A model generated the notes under the pieces. It worked only from the letters and a program-made list of their open reading frames with translations, made no database searches and was not told where the DNA came from. 49,446 nucleotides of DNA from Chlorobiota bacterium (GTDB lineage: Bacteria > Bacteroidota > Bacteroidia > JAADEI01), in NCBI GenBank assembly GCA_013153515.1, contig JAADEI010000009.1, positions 1-49,446 on the forward strand, read 5' to 3'. Positions within the stretch are counted from its first letter, which is position 1. Every line of letters starts with the position of its first letter. This document shows positions 17,568-27,243 of the stretch, in pieces. The position numbers were made by a program, and so were the translations under genes.

Positions 17568-19408
17568 TGAAGACCTACATTGCTATACTACGTTATGCAC
17601 TGAGATACAAAACAAGCCTCTCTCTAAGCATATTTTTCAACGTTATTTCCATTTTTTTCTCTGCCGTTTCCCTGACTATGCTTATTCCTTTCCTACAAGT
17701 CCTTTTCAACAGGACTAATCCAATAACTGAACTGCCCCCATTCTCTCTTTCCGCCCAATGGATGCTCGCTTTTTTTAATTATCATATTGGACAGATAATG
17801 CTTAATGAGGGACCGATCGCTGCCCTTCTTTGGGTTTGCATCATCGTAATCGTCATGTTTTTCTTAAAGAATCTAACCAGATACCTCGGGCAATTCTTTA
17901 TGGCTAAGGTCAGAAATGGCTTATTACGCGATTTGCGACAGGACTTATATGATAAAGTCATTTCCCTACCAGTTAGCTTCTTCACCTACCGAAGGCAAGG
18001 AGACTTAATCTCAAGAATAACCACCGACGTTCAGGAAATTGAATGGTCAATAGTAAACATGATTGAAGTCGTAATCAAAGAACCCCTAACCATTCTTGCC
18101 TATCTTACCTTACTGTTAATTATGAGTCCCGAATTAACTTTATTTATCCTACTTCTTCTTCCAATAACTGGCTTTATTATTGGTCAAATAGGCAAAAGCC
18201 TCAAAAAGGAATCTGTGGAAGCCCAGAACTTAACGGGACGCCTTGCAGCCCTCGTAGAGGAAACAATTCGTGGAATAACCATTGTAAAAATTTTTACTGC
18301 CGAACAACTTCTCAGGAACATATTTCAATCTGTGAATCAGAGGCTCTACAAAGCCCGCCTTAGCTCACTTAGAAAAAGAGAGTTGTCATCGCCCCTTTCA
18401 GAATTTCTAGGAATAGTTATCGTGGTAGTTGTGTTATGGTTCGGCGGCAAGATGGTTTTGAGTGGTTCATCATCTTTAACGCCAGAGACATTTATCACTT
18501 TTGTAGTAATTTTCTCACAAATAATTAATCCAGCTAAAAGTTTTGCTACTGCCTTCTATCATATCCAGCGAGGGATGGCAGCCGCAGAAAGGGTTATGGA
18601 GATTCTAAATACGGAGGATAGTGTTCCACAACCTAAAAACCCTATTTTCATAAAAGAGTTTAAAGACAGAATTAAGTTTGAAAACGTTTGGTTTGCCTAT
18701 GACCGAAAAAATTTCGTTTTAAAAGACATAAACTTAGACATTCCCCGAGGAGAAAAACTAGCTATCGTAGGACCTTCCGGATCAGGGAAAACAACACTGG
18801 TATATTTAATTCCAAGATTCTATGACCCCACGAAAGGAAGAATAACTCTTGATGGGCACGACCTCAGAACTTTGGATATATATTCCCTAAGAAAACTGAT
18901 TGCAATGGTTCCTCAAGAACCCATTATTTTTCACGACACTATCCTAAACAACATAAAACTTGGCAAGCCAGAAGCCAATATGGAGGAAGTGATTGCAGCA
19001 GCTAGGGCAGCCCACGCTCATGAATTCATAATAAAACTGCCTGAGGGATACAACACCATCGTTGGAGAAAGAGGTTTAAGGCTTTCGGGAGGGCAACGCC
19101 AACGCATTGCAATAGCACGAGCATTGCTTAAAAATGCCCCCATCCTCATCCTTGATGAAGCAACCAGCAATCTGGACGCCGAATCAGAAGAACTGGTACA
19201 AAAAGGCTTGGAGAACTTGATGAAAGGCAGGACAGCAATCATCATAGCACATAGGTTAGCCACTATAAAAGAAGCAGATAGAATAATTGTTTTAAGCGAA
19301 GGGCGAATTGTTGAACAAGGCACTCATGAAGAACTGCTACGAATCAAAGGAATCTACGCATCATTAGTAACAAAGCAAAATCTCACAAACGTAAGTCCTC
19401 TTCCCTGA
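17567..19408 (+). CDS. MsbA-like ABC exporter (transmembrane plus ATPase domains)
   Basis: Transmembrane domain, Walker A GPSGSGKT, LSGGQRQR, LDEATS, AHRL. TAATG coupling to the upstream gene. Confidence 0.92.
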   Translation: MKTYIAILRYALRYKTSLSLSIFFNVISIFFSAVSLTMLIPFLQVLFNRTNPITELPPFSLSAQWMLAFFNYHIGQIMLNEGPIAALLWVCIIVIVMFFLKNLTRYLGQFFMAKVRNGLLRDLRQDLYDKVISLPVSFFTYRRQGDLISRITTDVQEIEWSIVNMIEVVIKEPLTILAYLTLLLIMSPELTLFILLLLPITGFIIGQIGKSLKKESVEAQNLTGRLAALVEETIRGITIVKIFTAEQLLRNIFQSVNQRLYKARLSSLRKRELSSPLSEFLGIVIVVVVLWFGGKMVLSGSSSLTPETFITFVVIFSQIINPAKSFATAFYHIQRGMAAAERVMEILNTEDSVPQPKNPIFIKEFKDRIKFENVWFAYDRKNFVLKDINLDIPRGEKLAIVGPSGSGKTTLVYLIPRFYDPTKGRITLDGHDLRTLDIYSLRKLIAMVPQEPIIFHDTILNNIKLGKPEANMEEVIAAARAAHAHEFIIKLPEGYNTIVGERGLRLSGGQRQRIAIARALLKNAPILILDEATSNLDAESEELVQKGLENLMKGRTAIIIAHRLATIKEADRIIVLSEGRIVEQGTHEELLRIKGIYASLVTKQNLTNVSPLP

Positions 19409-19943
19409 TGCCAAGATATATGGTCTGATTATCGTGTGAAATCTTTGATATTACTGGCTTTTGGAGGGAAACGACTAGTTCTGGCTCATTATCAACAAAT
19501 AAAAGGATCTGCTTATTGGGAGCGAATTTGACTTCCTTCACCCGACCAACTTCCTCACCTTTGGAATCAATGACAACATAGTCAAGCAGGAGGGAAGCGG
19601 GAACATACGGCTTATTCTCATAGAATTTCCTTATCTGATCTTCAAGCACAAGGACTTTCTGGTTAATCAACTTATGCGTTTCCTCTGGAACAGTAATCCC
19701 ATCCAATTGAACAAGGAGTTTATCATAATTCTCACGATACCTATCCAACACTCTGAACGGAACGGGCTTCTCATCTATGGTTATAAACAAAAATTCCCTA
19801 CTATCAAGAAAATCTTGAATATCGGGAAGATGCAGTATTTTTAAATATGGATTATGCAAGCCACGGCGTCCAACCACCTCGCCGACGTAGAAAAACGGGT
19901 CAAGAGAATTCCAAACCCTTCCCTTTAGAGGCTTCTTAATCAC
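19383..19943 (-). CDS. rimM: 16S rRNA processing protein RimM
   Basis: Directly downstream of rpsP; VGEV..RGL N-terminal motif, PVPF, PRC-barrel (YVVID.KGEEVGRV). Divergent sequence. Confidence 0.78.
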   Translation of the reverse strand: MIKKPLKGRVWNSLDPFFYVGEVVGRRGLHNPYLKILHLPDIQDFLDSREFLFITIDEKPVPFRVLDRYRENYDKLLVQLDGITVPEETHKLINQKVLVLEDQIRKFYENKPYVPASLLLDYVVIDSKGEEVGRVKEVKFAPNKQILLFVDNEPELVVSLQKPVISKISHDNQTIYLGIREEDLRL

Positions 19944-19953
19944 CTATAGCCCT

Positions 19954-20532
19954 CTACTCTTGCTTTCCTTCGCCTTCCTCTGAGGCTTGTGGCTCTTGTG
20001 ATTCCTGTTCTTTGGGAGCCTCGGAAGGTTCAGAGGAGGGTTCCTCTTGAACTTCGTTTGGAAATTCCTGAGCCACCTCTTGCATTTCATCTACCTGCTC
20101 AGCACTTTCTACCGATGCTTCCGCTTCCTCTACAATAACCGTGGCTTCAACCTTTTCGGGAACATACTTCTCTTTCTCAACAACCAAAGGTCTAAACTTC
20201 TTCTGAGTTTTAAGCCACTCGCTAAACTTCTTAAAGGCTTCTTCCCTTGTGTGAACACCTTTTTCAACACCTCTGAGCAGGAACATAAGATGATAGACCC
20301 CCGCTCGTCGCATAATGTGTTCAGCGGTTTCCGACGGTTGAGCCCCTTTTTTGAGCCACTCAATCGCTTTTTCGTGGTCTATTTCTATGATTGGAATTTC
20401 CGTGTTTGGGTCATAAACACCCAATTTCTCAATAAACCTGCCATCTCGTGGAGCCCGTGAATTAGCAACCACAATCCAGTAGAAGGGTCTTTTCCGTCTT
20501 CCGTGCCTCTGTAATCTAATCCTTACTGGCAT
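19954..20532 (-). CDS. rpsP: 30S ribosomal protein S16 with acidic C-terminal extension
   Basis: [43 protein letters not shown]. Confidence 0.97.
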   Translation of the reverse strand: MPVRIRLQRHGRRKRPFYWIVVANSRAPRDGRFIEKLGVYDPNTEIPIIEIDHEKAIEWLKKGAQPSETAEHIMRRAGVYHLMFLLRGVEKGVHTREEAFKKFSEWLKTQKKFRPLVVEKEKYVPEKVEATVIVEEAEASVESAEQVDEMQEVAQEFPNEVQEEPSSEPSEAPKEQESQEPQASEEGEGKQE

Positions 20533-20556
20533 ATTGCTTCTTCCGTTTTTGTTCTA

Positions 20557-20564
20557 CAAAGTTA
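20557..20564 (-). promoter_or_regulatory. -7 promoter element TAACTTTG for rpsP-rimM
   Basis: Matches TAnnTTTG; 24 nt upstream of ATG 20532, with an A-rich leader. Confidence 0.65.
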
Positions 20565-20578
20565 AGCAACAATTATTA

Positions 20579-21394
20579 TCAAGTTATGAGTTCCAGAACA
20601 CCCATTCGTTGAGCCATCCTAATTATCAGCAGAACAATTATAGTGAAATAAGCCATCTTAACAAATTTGACAGGGAGAATCTTATGGAGCAGGATTCCCA
20701 GCCACACCCCCGGGAAAACACCAAGCAAAATTAAAGCAATGCTCAAAGGCATAAATTCACCGCACCCACTTATAATGCATTCCACACCGATGACCAACAC
20801 ACTGGCTATAGCCACGCCAAGCGTAACACCAATGGAAATAATTGCCGTTTGTTTAAAAGGCATCTTCATAAACCACACAAGCAACGGAATGATTATCAGT
20901 CCACCACCCACGCCAGCCAGTGCCGCTAACGCCCCGGAAACAAAAGCCATCCATGTTAGCATGCCCTTCTTCAAATCATCTTCTGAAATGAATTGGGAAT
21001 TATTGGTTTCTTTCTTGAAAAGCACCGCTATTGACCCAACAACCACAATAACACTAAACACAGTGAGAAATATTCCCGGACTGAGTCCGAAAATGTGCAT
21101 TGCAGTTCTGACAAGCAGGGAAGCGACGAACGACGGAATTAGAAGAATTCTAAGAAGCCCCCATGAAATGGTTTTGTTTCTGAACCTATTGAAAATTGTC
21201 CAGAGGCTTGTGAGGAATATGATTGCAAGGCTATGGGCAGTGAGCACCACCGAAAGCCTGTGTTGCGGAACATCATCCATCACGGTCATTAGGGAATAAA
21301 TGTAGAATGGACCGCCCCCCAAGCCCAGCAAACCAGCAGTAATGCCACCTATTAAACCACCACCTATCAGGGTTAGCACCTCAATAGCATCCAT
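20579..21394 (-). CDS. Sulfite exporter TauE/SafE (TSUP) family membrane protein
   Basis: Two repeats of GL.G.GGG / A.AGVGGG..P with about 8 hydrophobic helices. Confidence 0.85.
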   Translation of the reverse strand: MDAIEVLTLIGGGLIGGITAGLLGLGGGPFYIYSLMTVMDDVPQHRLSVVLTAHSLAIIFLTSLWTIFNRFRNKTISWGLLRILLIPSFVASLLVRTAMHIFGLSPGIFLTVFSVIVVVGSIAVLFKKETNNSQFISEDDLKKGMLTWMAFVSGALAALAGVGGGLIIIPLLVWFMKMPFKQTAIISIGVTLGVAIASVLVIGVECIISGCGEFMPLSIALILLGVFPGVWLGILLHKILPVKFVKMAYFTIIVLLIIRMAQRMGVLELIT

Positions 21395-21417
21395 TGTCTA
21401 ATAGAGATTTCGCTTTC

Positions 21418-23085
21418 TTAGGGAGATAAAACCTTTTTATAACGCTCTGTGTCTTTAAGTATTACCAAAGCACTATCTAAGTATATGTCTTTTTCAAGGA
21501 ATGCTTCAATAGCACCTTTCTGTCCGTAGTATCGCCTCACTATTTCCTGTTCCAATTGCCACTTGATCAAGTCCGCTTCGTCGTATATGTCCCGTTCCTT
21601 TTCTTTTTCAAGGAATTCTTTCAAGCCTGAAACATACTTTTCTGCTTCTTCGTTCCAGAATTTGTCTTTCTTGAGCTGTTCTTTGAGTTGTTTCAATTTC
21701 TTGTCAGAAGGAGTTTCATATTTGAAGTTCCTGCTCTTCACAAATTGCACAAATTCTTCATAGATGTCTTTGGTTATCTGAAAAGCCACCGGAGGCGGAA
21801 TAGTATCATGTTCATGATAGAACTTAGTTGCAAAATCAAATATAATGTTCTCACGAATCAAAGCCCTTAGAATATGAGGCATTTCAGGCAGTTCAATTTT
21901 AACATCGGGCTCAATGCCATTGCCTGAATACACTGTTCTGCCAGCATCTGTCTTGAATTCTTCTCTCAATGAATCAGGAACTTCAATAGCCTTTTTCCCT
22001 GTATGCTTATGCGTATAGATCAAGGCTTGGATGGACCGACCGCTTGGCGTATAATATCTTGCAATGGTTAGTTTAAGTTTAGCGTTATATGGCAAGTTCC
22101 GTGTTGTCTGCACCAGCCCTTTCCCAAAGGTTGTTTCGCCAATCACAACCCCCCTATCCCAATCTTGAATAGCACCGGCAACTATTTCAGACGCCGAAGC
22201 GGAACTGCCATTGACAAGCACAGCCAATGGAGTGGACGTGTCCACAGCGGAGAGCGGAGCCCTATACACACGTTCCCACTCAGGAATTCGCCCTTTGGTC
22301 GTAACAATTATTTTTCCTTGTGGAATGAACACATTGGCAACAAGAATCGCTTCATTAAGCAACCCACCGGGATTGCCCCTTAAATCAAGGATTATGCCTT
22401 CCGGCTTATGTTCTTCTAATGCCTTCCTGAGAGTTTGTCTTAATTCCCTGCCCAACCCCTGCGTAAAACTTCTGAGTTTGATGTAATAAATTGAACTATC
22501 CCTAAACAGGACATTAGCATAAGTGATCGGGTCAATCTTAATTTCCGCCCGGGTTATAACAACGTCAAAAGTATCGTTAACAAACGGTCTGTAGACAGTT
22601 ACGGTAACCTTACTTCCGGGAGTGCCCCTCAACAGGTCTGTTACGTCCTCTAACTTCCACCCAACAACACTTCTGCCATTTATCTTCAAGATATAGTCGC
22701 CAGCCCGAAGCCCCGCCTTATACGCCGGGAACCCAATGTATGGATCGGCAATCATAACAAGGGAGTCCCGTTTGCTCACCACAGCACCAATGCCACCATA
22801 CTTTCCAGTGCTTTGCATCCTGAACTCATCCATCTTCTCTTCTGGAATGAACTCAGTGTATGGGTCAAGGATTTCGGTCATCCCCTCAATAGCGTTCTTG
22901 ACCAGTTTTTCTGGAGGCACAGGGTCAACATAATATGTAATCAATTCCTTAACCGAAGCACTATAAATCTCAATCCACTTAACTATCTGAAAATAGGTCT
23001 CTTGCACTTCTTCCTCTGTAAGAGCAAGGAACGAAAAAGCCGATAAGAAAACGGTTACAATGACAATGCTAACTCTTCTGTTCAT
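21418..23085 (-). CDS. S41 family C-terminal processing protease (PDZ)
   Basis: [41 protein letters not shown]. Start ATG 23085 (MNRRV signal) preferred over 23124. Confidence 0.93.
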   Translation of the reverse strand: MNRRVSIVIVTVFLSAFSFLALTEEEVQETYFQIVKWIEIYSASVKELITYYVDPVPPEKLVKNAIEGMTEILDPYTEFIPEEKMDEFRMQSTGKYGGIGAVVSKRDSLVMIADPYIGFPAYKAGLRAGDYILKINGRSVVGWKLEDVTDLLRGTPGSKVTVTVYRPFVNDTFDVVITRAEIKIDPITYANVLFRDSSIYYIKLRSFTQGLGRELRQTLRKALEEHKPEGIILDLRGNPGGLLNEAILVANVFIPQGKIIVTTKGRIPEWERVYRAPLSAVDTSTPLAVLVNGSSASASEIVAGAIQDWDRGVVIGETTFGKGLVQTTRNLPYNAKLKLTIARYYTPSGRSIQALIYTHKHTGKKAIEVPDSLREEFKTDAGRTVYSGNGIEPDVKIELPEMPHILRALIRENIIFDFATKFYHEHDTIPPPVAFQITKDIYEEFVQFVKSRNFKYETPSDKKLKQLKEQLKKDKFWNEEAEKYVSGLKEFLEKEKERDIYDEADLIKWQLEQEIVRRYYGQKGAIEAFLEKDIYLDSALVILKDTERYKKVLSP

Positions 23086-23374
23086 CACCTTCGCCTTTTT
23101 CCTGAACCATTTGAACCAATTCATACTGTGCTTGTTTATGTGGTTTTAGAAATACAAATTTACGAGGGACTGGGTCATACCCACCTTCATTAAACGGATT
23201 ACACCTAACAATTCTGTGTATGGTCAACCAAAGCCCTTTAAGAGCACCGTGTCTCTGGATGGCTTCCAACCCATAGGTTGAACAAGAGGGATGGAATCTG
23301 CAGGAGGGCGGTAGCATTGGAGATATGAATCGCTTGTAAAACTTAATAAGCCCTATAAGTAACTTTGACAGCAT
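23069..23374 (-). CDS. yidD: Membrane protein insertion efficiency factor YidD
   Basis: Y..FISP..P.SCRF.PSCS.Y..EAI..HG..KG, RCNP...GGYDPVP. Start 23374 or 23386, not 23578. Confidence 0.92.
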   Translation of the reverse strand: MLSKLLIGLIKFYKRFISPMLPPSCRFHPSCSTYGLEAIQRHGALKGLWLTIHRIVRCNPFNEGGYDPVPRKFVFLKPHKQAQYELVQMVQEKGEGDEQKS

Positions 23375-23393
23375 CTTAAAATGCATAATTTTG
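23364..23393 (+). promoter_or_regulatory. Promoter TTTG-N18-TAATTTTG for the DUF4159 gene
   Basis: -7 box at 23386-23393; TTTG at 23364-23367 lies inside yidD on the opposite strand. Confidence 0.6.
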
Positions 23394-23411
23394 TTATTAA
23401 CAATAACGCAA

Positions 23412-24059
23412 ATGAGTCGGATATTTATTCCCCTATTGGCTATTTTGTTCCTTTCACTACAAGAACCAACAGTCCGAATAGCCCGCCTTAAATATGGAGG
23501 AGGAGGAGATTGGTATGTTAGCCCCACTGCACTGCCAAACCTAATTAAATTCTGCAATGAAACAATTAACACAAACATCTATCCACAAGAAGACATCGTT
23601 GAACCTTCAAGCCCAGAAGTGTTCTATTATCCACTACTCTACATGACAGGGCACGGACGTGTGTTCTTTACTGAATCTGACGTTGCCAATCTAAGAAAAT
23701 ATCTCTTAGGAGGCGGATTCCTGCTTATCAACGACAGTTACGGCATGGATCCATACATCAGACCAGAACTGAAAAAACTGTTTCCAGACAGGGAACTGCA
23801 ACCTGTCCCCATCACTCACCCCATCTTTAACGAACCATTCAAATTCCCAAACGGTCTGCCCAAAATACACAAACACTCAGGGAAACCACCCCAAGCACTG
23901 GGAATCTTTGACGGCAACAGACTTATGGTTCTCTACGTCTATGAATCAGACATTGGAGACGGTTGGGAAGACCCCCTTGTCCACAACGACCCACCACACC
24001 TTAGGGAACAAGCGCTCAAAATGGGAGCAAACATTATCCACTATGTATTTACCCATTGA
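23412..24059 (+). CDS. DUF4159 domain protein
   Basis: [48 protein letters not shown]. Confidence 0.85.
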   Translation: MSRIFIPLLAILFLSLQEPTVRIARLKYGGGGDWYVSPTALPNLIKFCNETINTNIYPQEDIVEPSSPEVFYYPLLYMTGHGRVFFTESDVANLRKYLLGGGFLLINDSYGMDPYIRPELKKLFPDRELQPVPITHPIFNEPFKFPNGLPKIHKHSGKPPQALGIFDGNRLMVLYVYESDIGDGWEDPLVHNDPPHLREQALKMGANIIHYVFTH

Positions 24060-24148
24060 GCCCCAAGTTTTTTTCCCCCTGCACTTCCAGTTAAAACCCC
24101 GCAGACCCAGAATGATTCTGTTGAACTTTTCGTTAAATCATTTTAACA

Positions 24149-24156
24149 TATTTTTG
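24149..24156 (+). promoter_or_regulatory. -7 promoter element TATTTTTG for the YceI gene
   Basis: Matches TAnnTTTG; 17 nt upstream of ATG 24174. Confidence 0.55.
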
Positions 24157-24173
24157 CAATAAAGAAACAAGGA

Positions 24174-24818
24174 ATGATAAGATGGTATGTGCTAACTCTG
24201 GGCATCTCATTTCTCTTATGGAACTGCACGCCCTCTCAGGAAAACGACACAGAACCCACAACTCAAACAACAAGCGAACCATCCACTTGCTACTATGAAC
24301 TGGACACACAATCCCCACAAGTGAAATGGACTGCTTTCAAAACAACAGAGAAAATCGGCGTTGGCGGAACTTTTGACAGCGTCCTTTTTTCTTTTCCCAC
24401 AACAGAAGCAGAATCAATTGCACAATTAATCCAAGACATCGAAGCAACTATCTACACAGTCAGCATCAACAGTGGAGACACAGGCAGAGATGCCCGAATC
24501 AGACAATTCTTCTTCGGCATAATGAACGCCCCAGATGTCATAAGCGGTAAAATCCTTGAAGTGTCCAACGACACAGTATTCATAGACATTGAGATGAATG
24601 GCATCAGCAAAAAAGTCCCCTTCTCTCTACAATATGAAAATGACACACTTGTCCTAACAAGCACAATCAACCTTGCCGATTGGGAAGCACAGGAATCAGT
24701 CAAATCGCTTAACCAAGCCTGCTACGACCTGCATAAAGGAGCAGATGGCATTAGCAAACTATGGGAAGAGGTAGACATCTCAATAATTGCAGTCATTAGA
24801 AAAAATTGCAATGTATAA
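24174..24818 (+). CDS. YceI-like lipid/polyisoprenoid-binding lipoprotein
   Basis: Lipobox LWNC, V.WTAFKT.EKIGV.GTF, SINSGD..RD..I, C.DLH.G.DG.SK.W. Confidence 0.75.
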   Translation: MIRWYVLTLGISFLLWNCTPSQENDTEPTTQTTSEPSTCYYELDTQSPQVKWTAFKTTEKIGVGGTFDSVLFSFPTTEAESIAQLIQDIEATIYTVSINSGDTGRDARIRQFFFGIMNAPDVISGKILEVSNDTVFIDIEMNGISKKVPFSLQYENDTLVLTSTINLADWEAQESVKSLNQACYDLHKGADGISKLWEEVDISIIAVIRKNCNV

Positions 24819-24913
24819 TGTTAACACCCGCACATCAAATATCTATTCCACTCTTCTTACAACCCTAAATATCAAGACCCGTTTCTTACCGTTATTATTA
24901 AAACCCGAGAGGG

Positions 24914-24950
24914 AGGGGGGAAGGGCAAACACCTTCCCCCTTATTCTTAT
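24914..24950 (+). terminator. Intrinsic terminator-like hairpin between convergent genes
   Basis: GGGGGAAGG (24916-24924) pairs with CCTTCCCCC (24932-24940), 7-nt loop, followed by TTATTCTTAT. Confidence 0.6.
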
Positions 24951-24996
24951 ACGGGCATCCTCATAAAGTAGAGAACACCAGCCCTCTCTCTTAACC

Positions 24997-26196
24997 CTAC
25001 ACAAACTCAATTATCGCAACTTCTGGCAGAACACCCGCCCTTCCTAAATACCCAATTGAACCAACCCCCGTGGAAACATAATGATATGTGCCTTTGACAT
25101 TATATAACCCAGCCCAGTGCCTATACATAAATTGAGCAGGAGAAAACCTAAATCCATCAATCATTATTCCCATCTGGAACCCGTGTGTGTGTCCCGACAA
25201 AACAAGGTCAATAGGATACTTATCCAACCTGTGAACCATGTTTTCCGTGAAGTGGTCTGGGTCGTGAGTAAGTAAAATTTTATAGTCTGCATGACTGATT
25301 GCTTCAAATGTTTTATCAAGTCTGGCGGGTTTTATCCTTAATGCCTTGCCCCAGTATTCCACCCCACCTATGCCCACACGAACACCATTGTGATTTATTA
25401 CCACACCTTCGTTTTCCAGAACTATAAAACCTGAATCACGCAACAAACTCTTCAACCGACCCATTTCTCTTAGCCTGTCTTCTTCTGAATCCCAAGGGTA
25501 ATACATACTGTAATCGTGATTTCCCCAGCAAGAAAATTTGCCATATCGGGCATTTATCTTAGCGAGCAATGGGATGAAAGGCTCTAATTCGTCGGCAAAG
25601 TGATTAATCCAGTCACCACCGAATAGCACAACATCAACATTCGCATTGTTTATCTCTGATACCAAATCTTCCATCAGGGTTCGGGACAGCGTCCCACCAT
25701 GCAAATCAGAAAAAAAGGCTATTTTAAAACCCTTTAAGCCTTCCCGCTCAGTGTGAATCTTTATCACATTAGCTCTCAAAGCCTTTCTGCCACGAATAAT
25801 GCCATAAATCAAATAAAATCCTGTGATTGCGGAAAGGAAAGTTCCCACTTGAAGAAGGAACCCACGACGCCCAAAACTAAACGAACCAGATGAACCTGCC
25901 AACAGACCAACAATTCCCAAAAGCCAATCAACAATAATGAAAGCAGTTATTAACAACTGTGGGACATATTTGATAATCAGGTATGTAAGCGTGTAATATG
26001 GAAGCCAAATGTGAGTAAAATTTTTCCTGCCAATGAGAAAAACAAGGGCTATTAAGAGATATGCCAACAGAGACAGAAAAAGAAAGGCATAGGGAATAAA
26101 TTTTCGGGAGGATGCCGATTTTAGTTTATAAAAGATGATGAAGTCAGAGACAATGAACAACAGAAGGCTAAATATCATAAACAGGAGGCGATGCAT
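24997..26196 (-). CDS. Membrane-anchored metallophosphoesterase (YkuE-like)
   Basis: N-terminal transmembrane helices; calcineurin-like motifs SDLH, GGD, GNHD, LTH, SGHTHG, G..PE. Confidence 0.9.
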   Translation of the reverse strand: MHRLLFMIFSLLLFIVSDFIIFYKLKSASSRKFIPYAFLFLSLLAYLLIALVFLIGRKNFTHIWLPYYTLTYLIIKYVPQLLITAFIIVDWLLGIVGLLAGSSGSFSFGRRGFLLQVGTFLSAITGFYLIYGIIRGRKALRANVIKIHTEREGLKGFKIAFFSDLHGGTLSRTLMEDLVSEINNANVDVVLFGGDWINHFADELEPFIPLLAKINARYGKFSCWGNHDYSMYYPWDSEEDRLREMGRLKSLLRDSGFIVLENEGVVINHNGVRVGIGGVEYWGKALRIKPARLDKTFEAISHADYKILLTHDPDHFTENMVHRLDKYPIDLVLSGHTHGFQMGIMIDGFRFSPAQFMYRHWAGLYNVKGTYHYVSTGVGSIGYLGRAGVLPEVAIIEFV

Positions 26197-26254
26197 CCTT
26201 GCACTCAGATTTCTTTAATTTAACTTTATGGAATAATATAAAAATTCCACAACC

Positions 26255-27184
26255 ATGCCAAGACACGGAAACGAATACTACAAAAGTCCTTATCAACTCA
26301 TAACGGAGATTTCACCTTCTTCTATCATATTCTTAGACATTGAGACCGTCCCCGCAATATATCCATACGAAAACCTTGACCAGAGAATGAGGGATTTGTG
26401 GCATAAGAAGTCAAAGAACAAAAAGGAATACTCAGAATCGGCTATATTCCCTGAATTCGGCAAAGTCGTGGTCATTTCTCTGGGCGTCTTTGTTAAGCAC
26501 CCAGACGACGACTCTCTCTCTTTCAGAACAATTTCCTTCGGTTCAGATGACGAATCCCTATTGCTCACTGTTTTTAAGAAAATGATTGAATATGGTTCCT
26601 TTGGCAACTTGTGGAGCAAGTGGGAAAGTAGCACAGCATGGAAGAAACTTGTTAAAGATGCCCTTTATTTTATGGGACATAACATTAAAGAGTTTGATAT
26701 CCCTTTCCTTGCCCGCAGAATGATTGTCAACAATATCCCTTTGCCCGCACCTCTCAGACTATTCGGATTAAAAAGTTGGGATGTGATGCATTTGATAGAC
26801 AGCCTTGAACTGTGGAAGTTAGGAGACCAGCGTTCATTCATAACTCTTGAATTGTTGGCGTCAATCCTTGGAATCCCTTCACCCAAGGAATCCCTCTCTG
26901 GCTCAGAAGTCTATAAATACTACTATGGAGTTTACAATACCCTTGATGGCAGAGAAGTGATTGTTGGACGAACTAAGGAAGACATAAAGGCGATTTTAAC
27001 GTATTGTCAAGGAGACGTCGTAACGGTCGCTCAAATTTTTAGGAGGTTGCGAGGGGAACCTCTCTTGGAGAAAGAACAAATCAAGCCCAGCAACTGGATC
27101 CCTGCGATAAACAACGATGAGGAACTGGCTCAGTGCCAAGTGGAACAACTGGATAAAGGCTTGTTCTGGCTTAGCAGAAGTTAA
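26255..27184 (+). CDS. Stand-alone DEDD 3'-5' exonuclease (PolB-exo related)
   Basis: ExoI FLDIETVP, ExoII GHNIKEFDIPF, ExoIII YCQGDV. Confidence 0.85.
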   Translation: MPRHGNEYYKSPYQLITEISPSSIIFLDIETVPAIYPYENLDQRMRDLWHKKSKNKKEYSESAIFPEFGKVVVISLGVFVKHPDDDSLSFRTISFGSDDESLLLTVFKKMIEYGSFGNLWSKWESSTAWKKLVKDALYFMGHNIKEFDIPFLARRMIVNNIPLPAPLRLFGLKSWDVMHLIDSLELWKLGDQRSFITLELLASILGIPSPKESLSGSEVYKYYYGVYNTLDGREVIVGRTKEDIKAILTYCQGDVVTVAQIFRRLRGEPLLEKEQIKPSNWIPAINNDEELAQCQVEQLDKGLFWLSRS

Positions 27185-27202
27185 CGTTTTTCAAATGTTA
27201 AG

Positions 27203-27210
27203 TAAATTTG
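27203..27210 (+). promoter_or_regulatory. -7 promoter element TAAATTTG for the ABC ATPase (and possibly rnr)
   Basis: Matches TAnnTTTG in an intergenic region; A-rich leader to ATG 27244. Confidence 0.6.
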
Positions 27211-27243
27211 CCTCTGAACATTTAAATTGAGAAATAAAAAGAT

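Noticed and set aside
19954-20200. Long acidic tail on S16
   Set aside because: C-terminal extensions are a known trait of Bacteroidota S16, so not novel.
20667-21299. 210-aa + strand ORF
   Set aside because: Mirror frame of the hydrophobic TSUP gene (Thr/Pro/Asn-rich shadow).
23387-23578. Long N-terminal extension of yidD
   Set aside because: Antisense to the DUF4159 gene; the YidD-like sequence begins at 23386 or 23374.
24842-24852. TCTATTCCACT shared with 309-319
   Set aside because: A single 11-mer match in 49 kb is expected by chance; there is no repeat-spacer structure, so it is not CRISPR.
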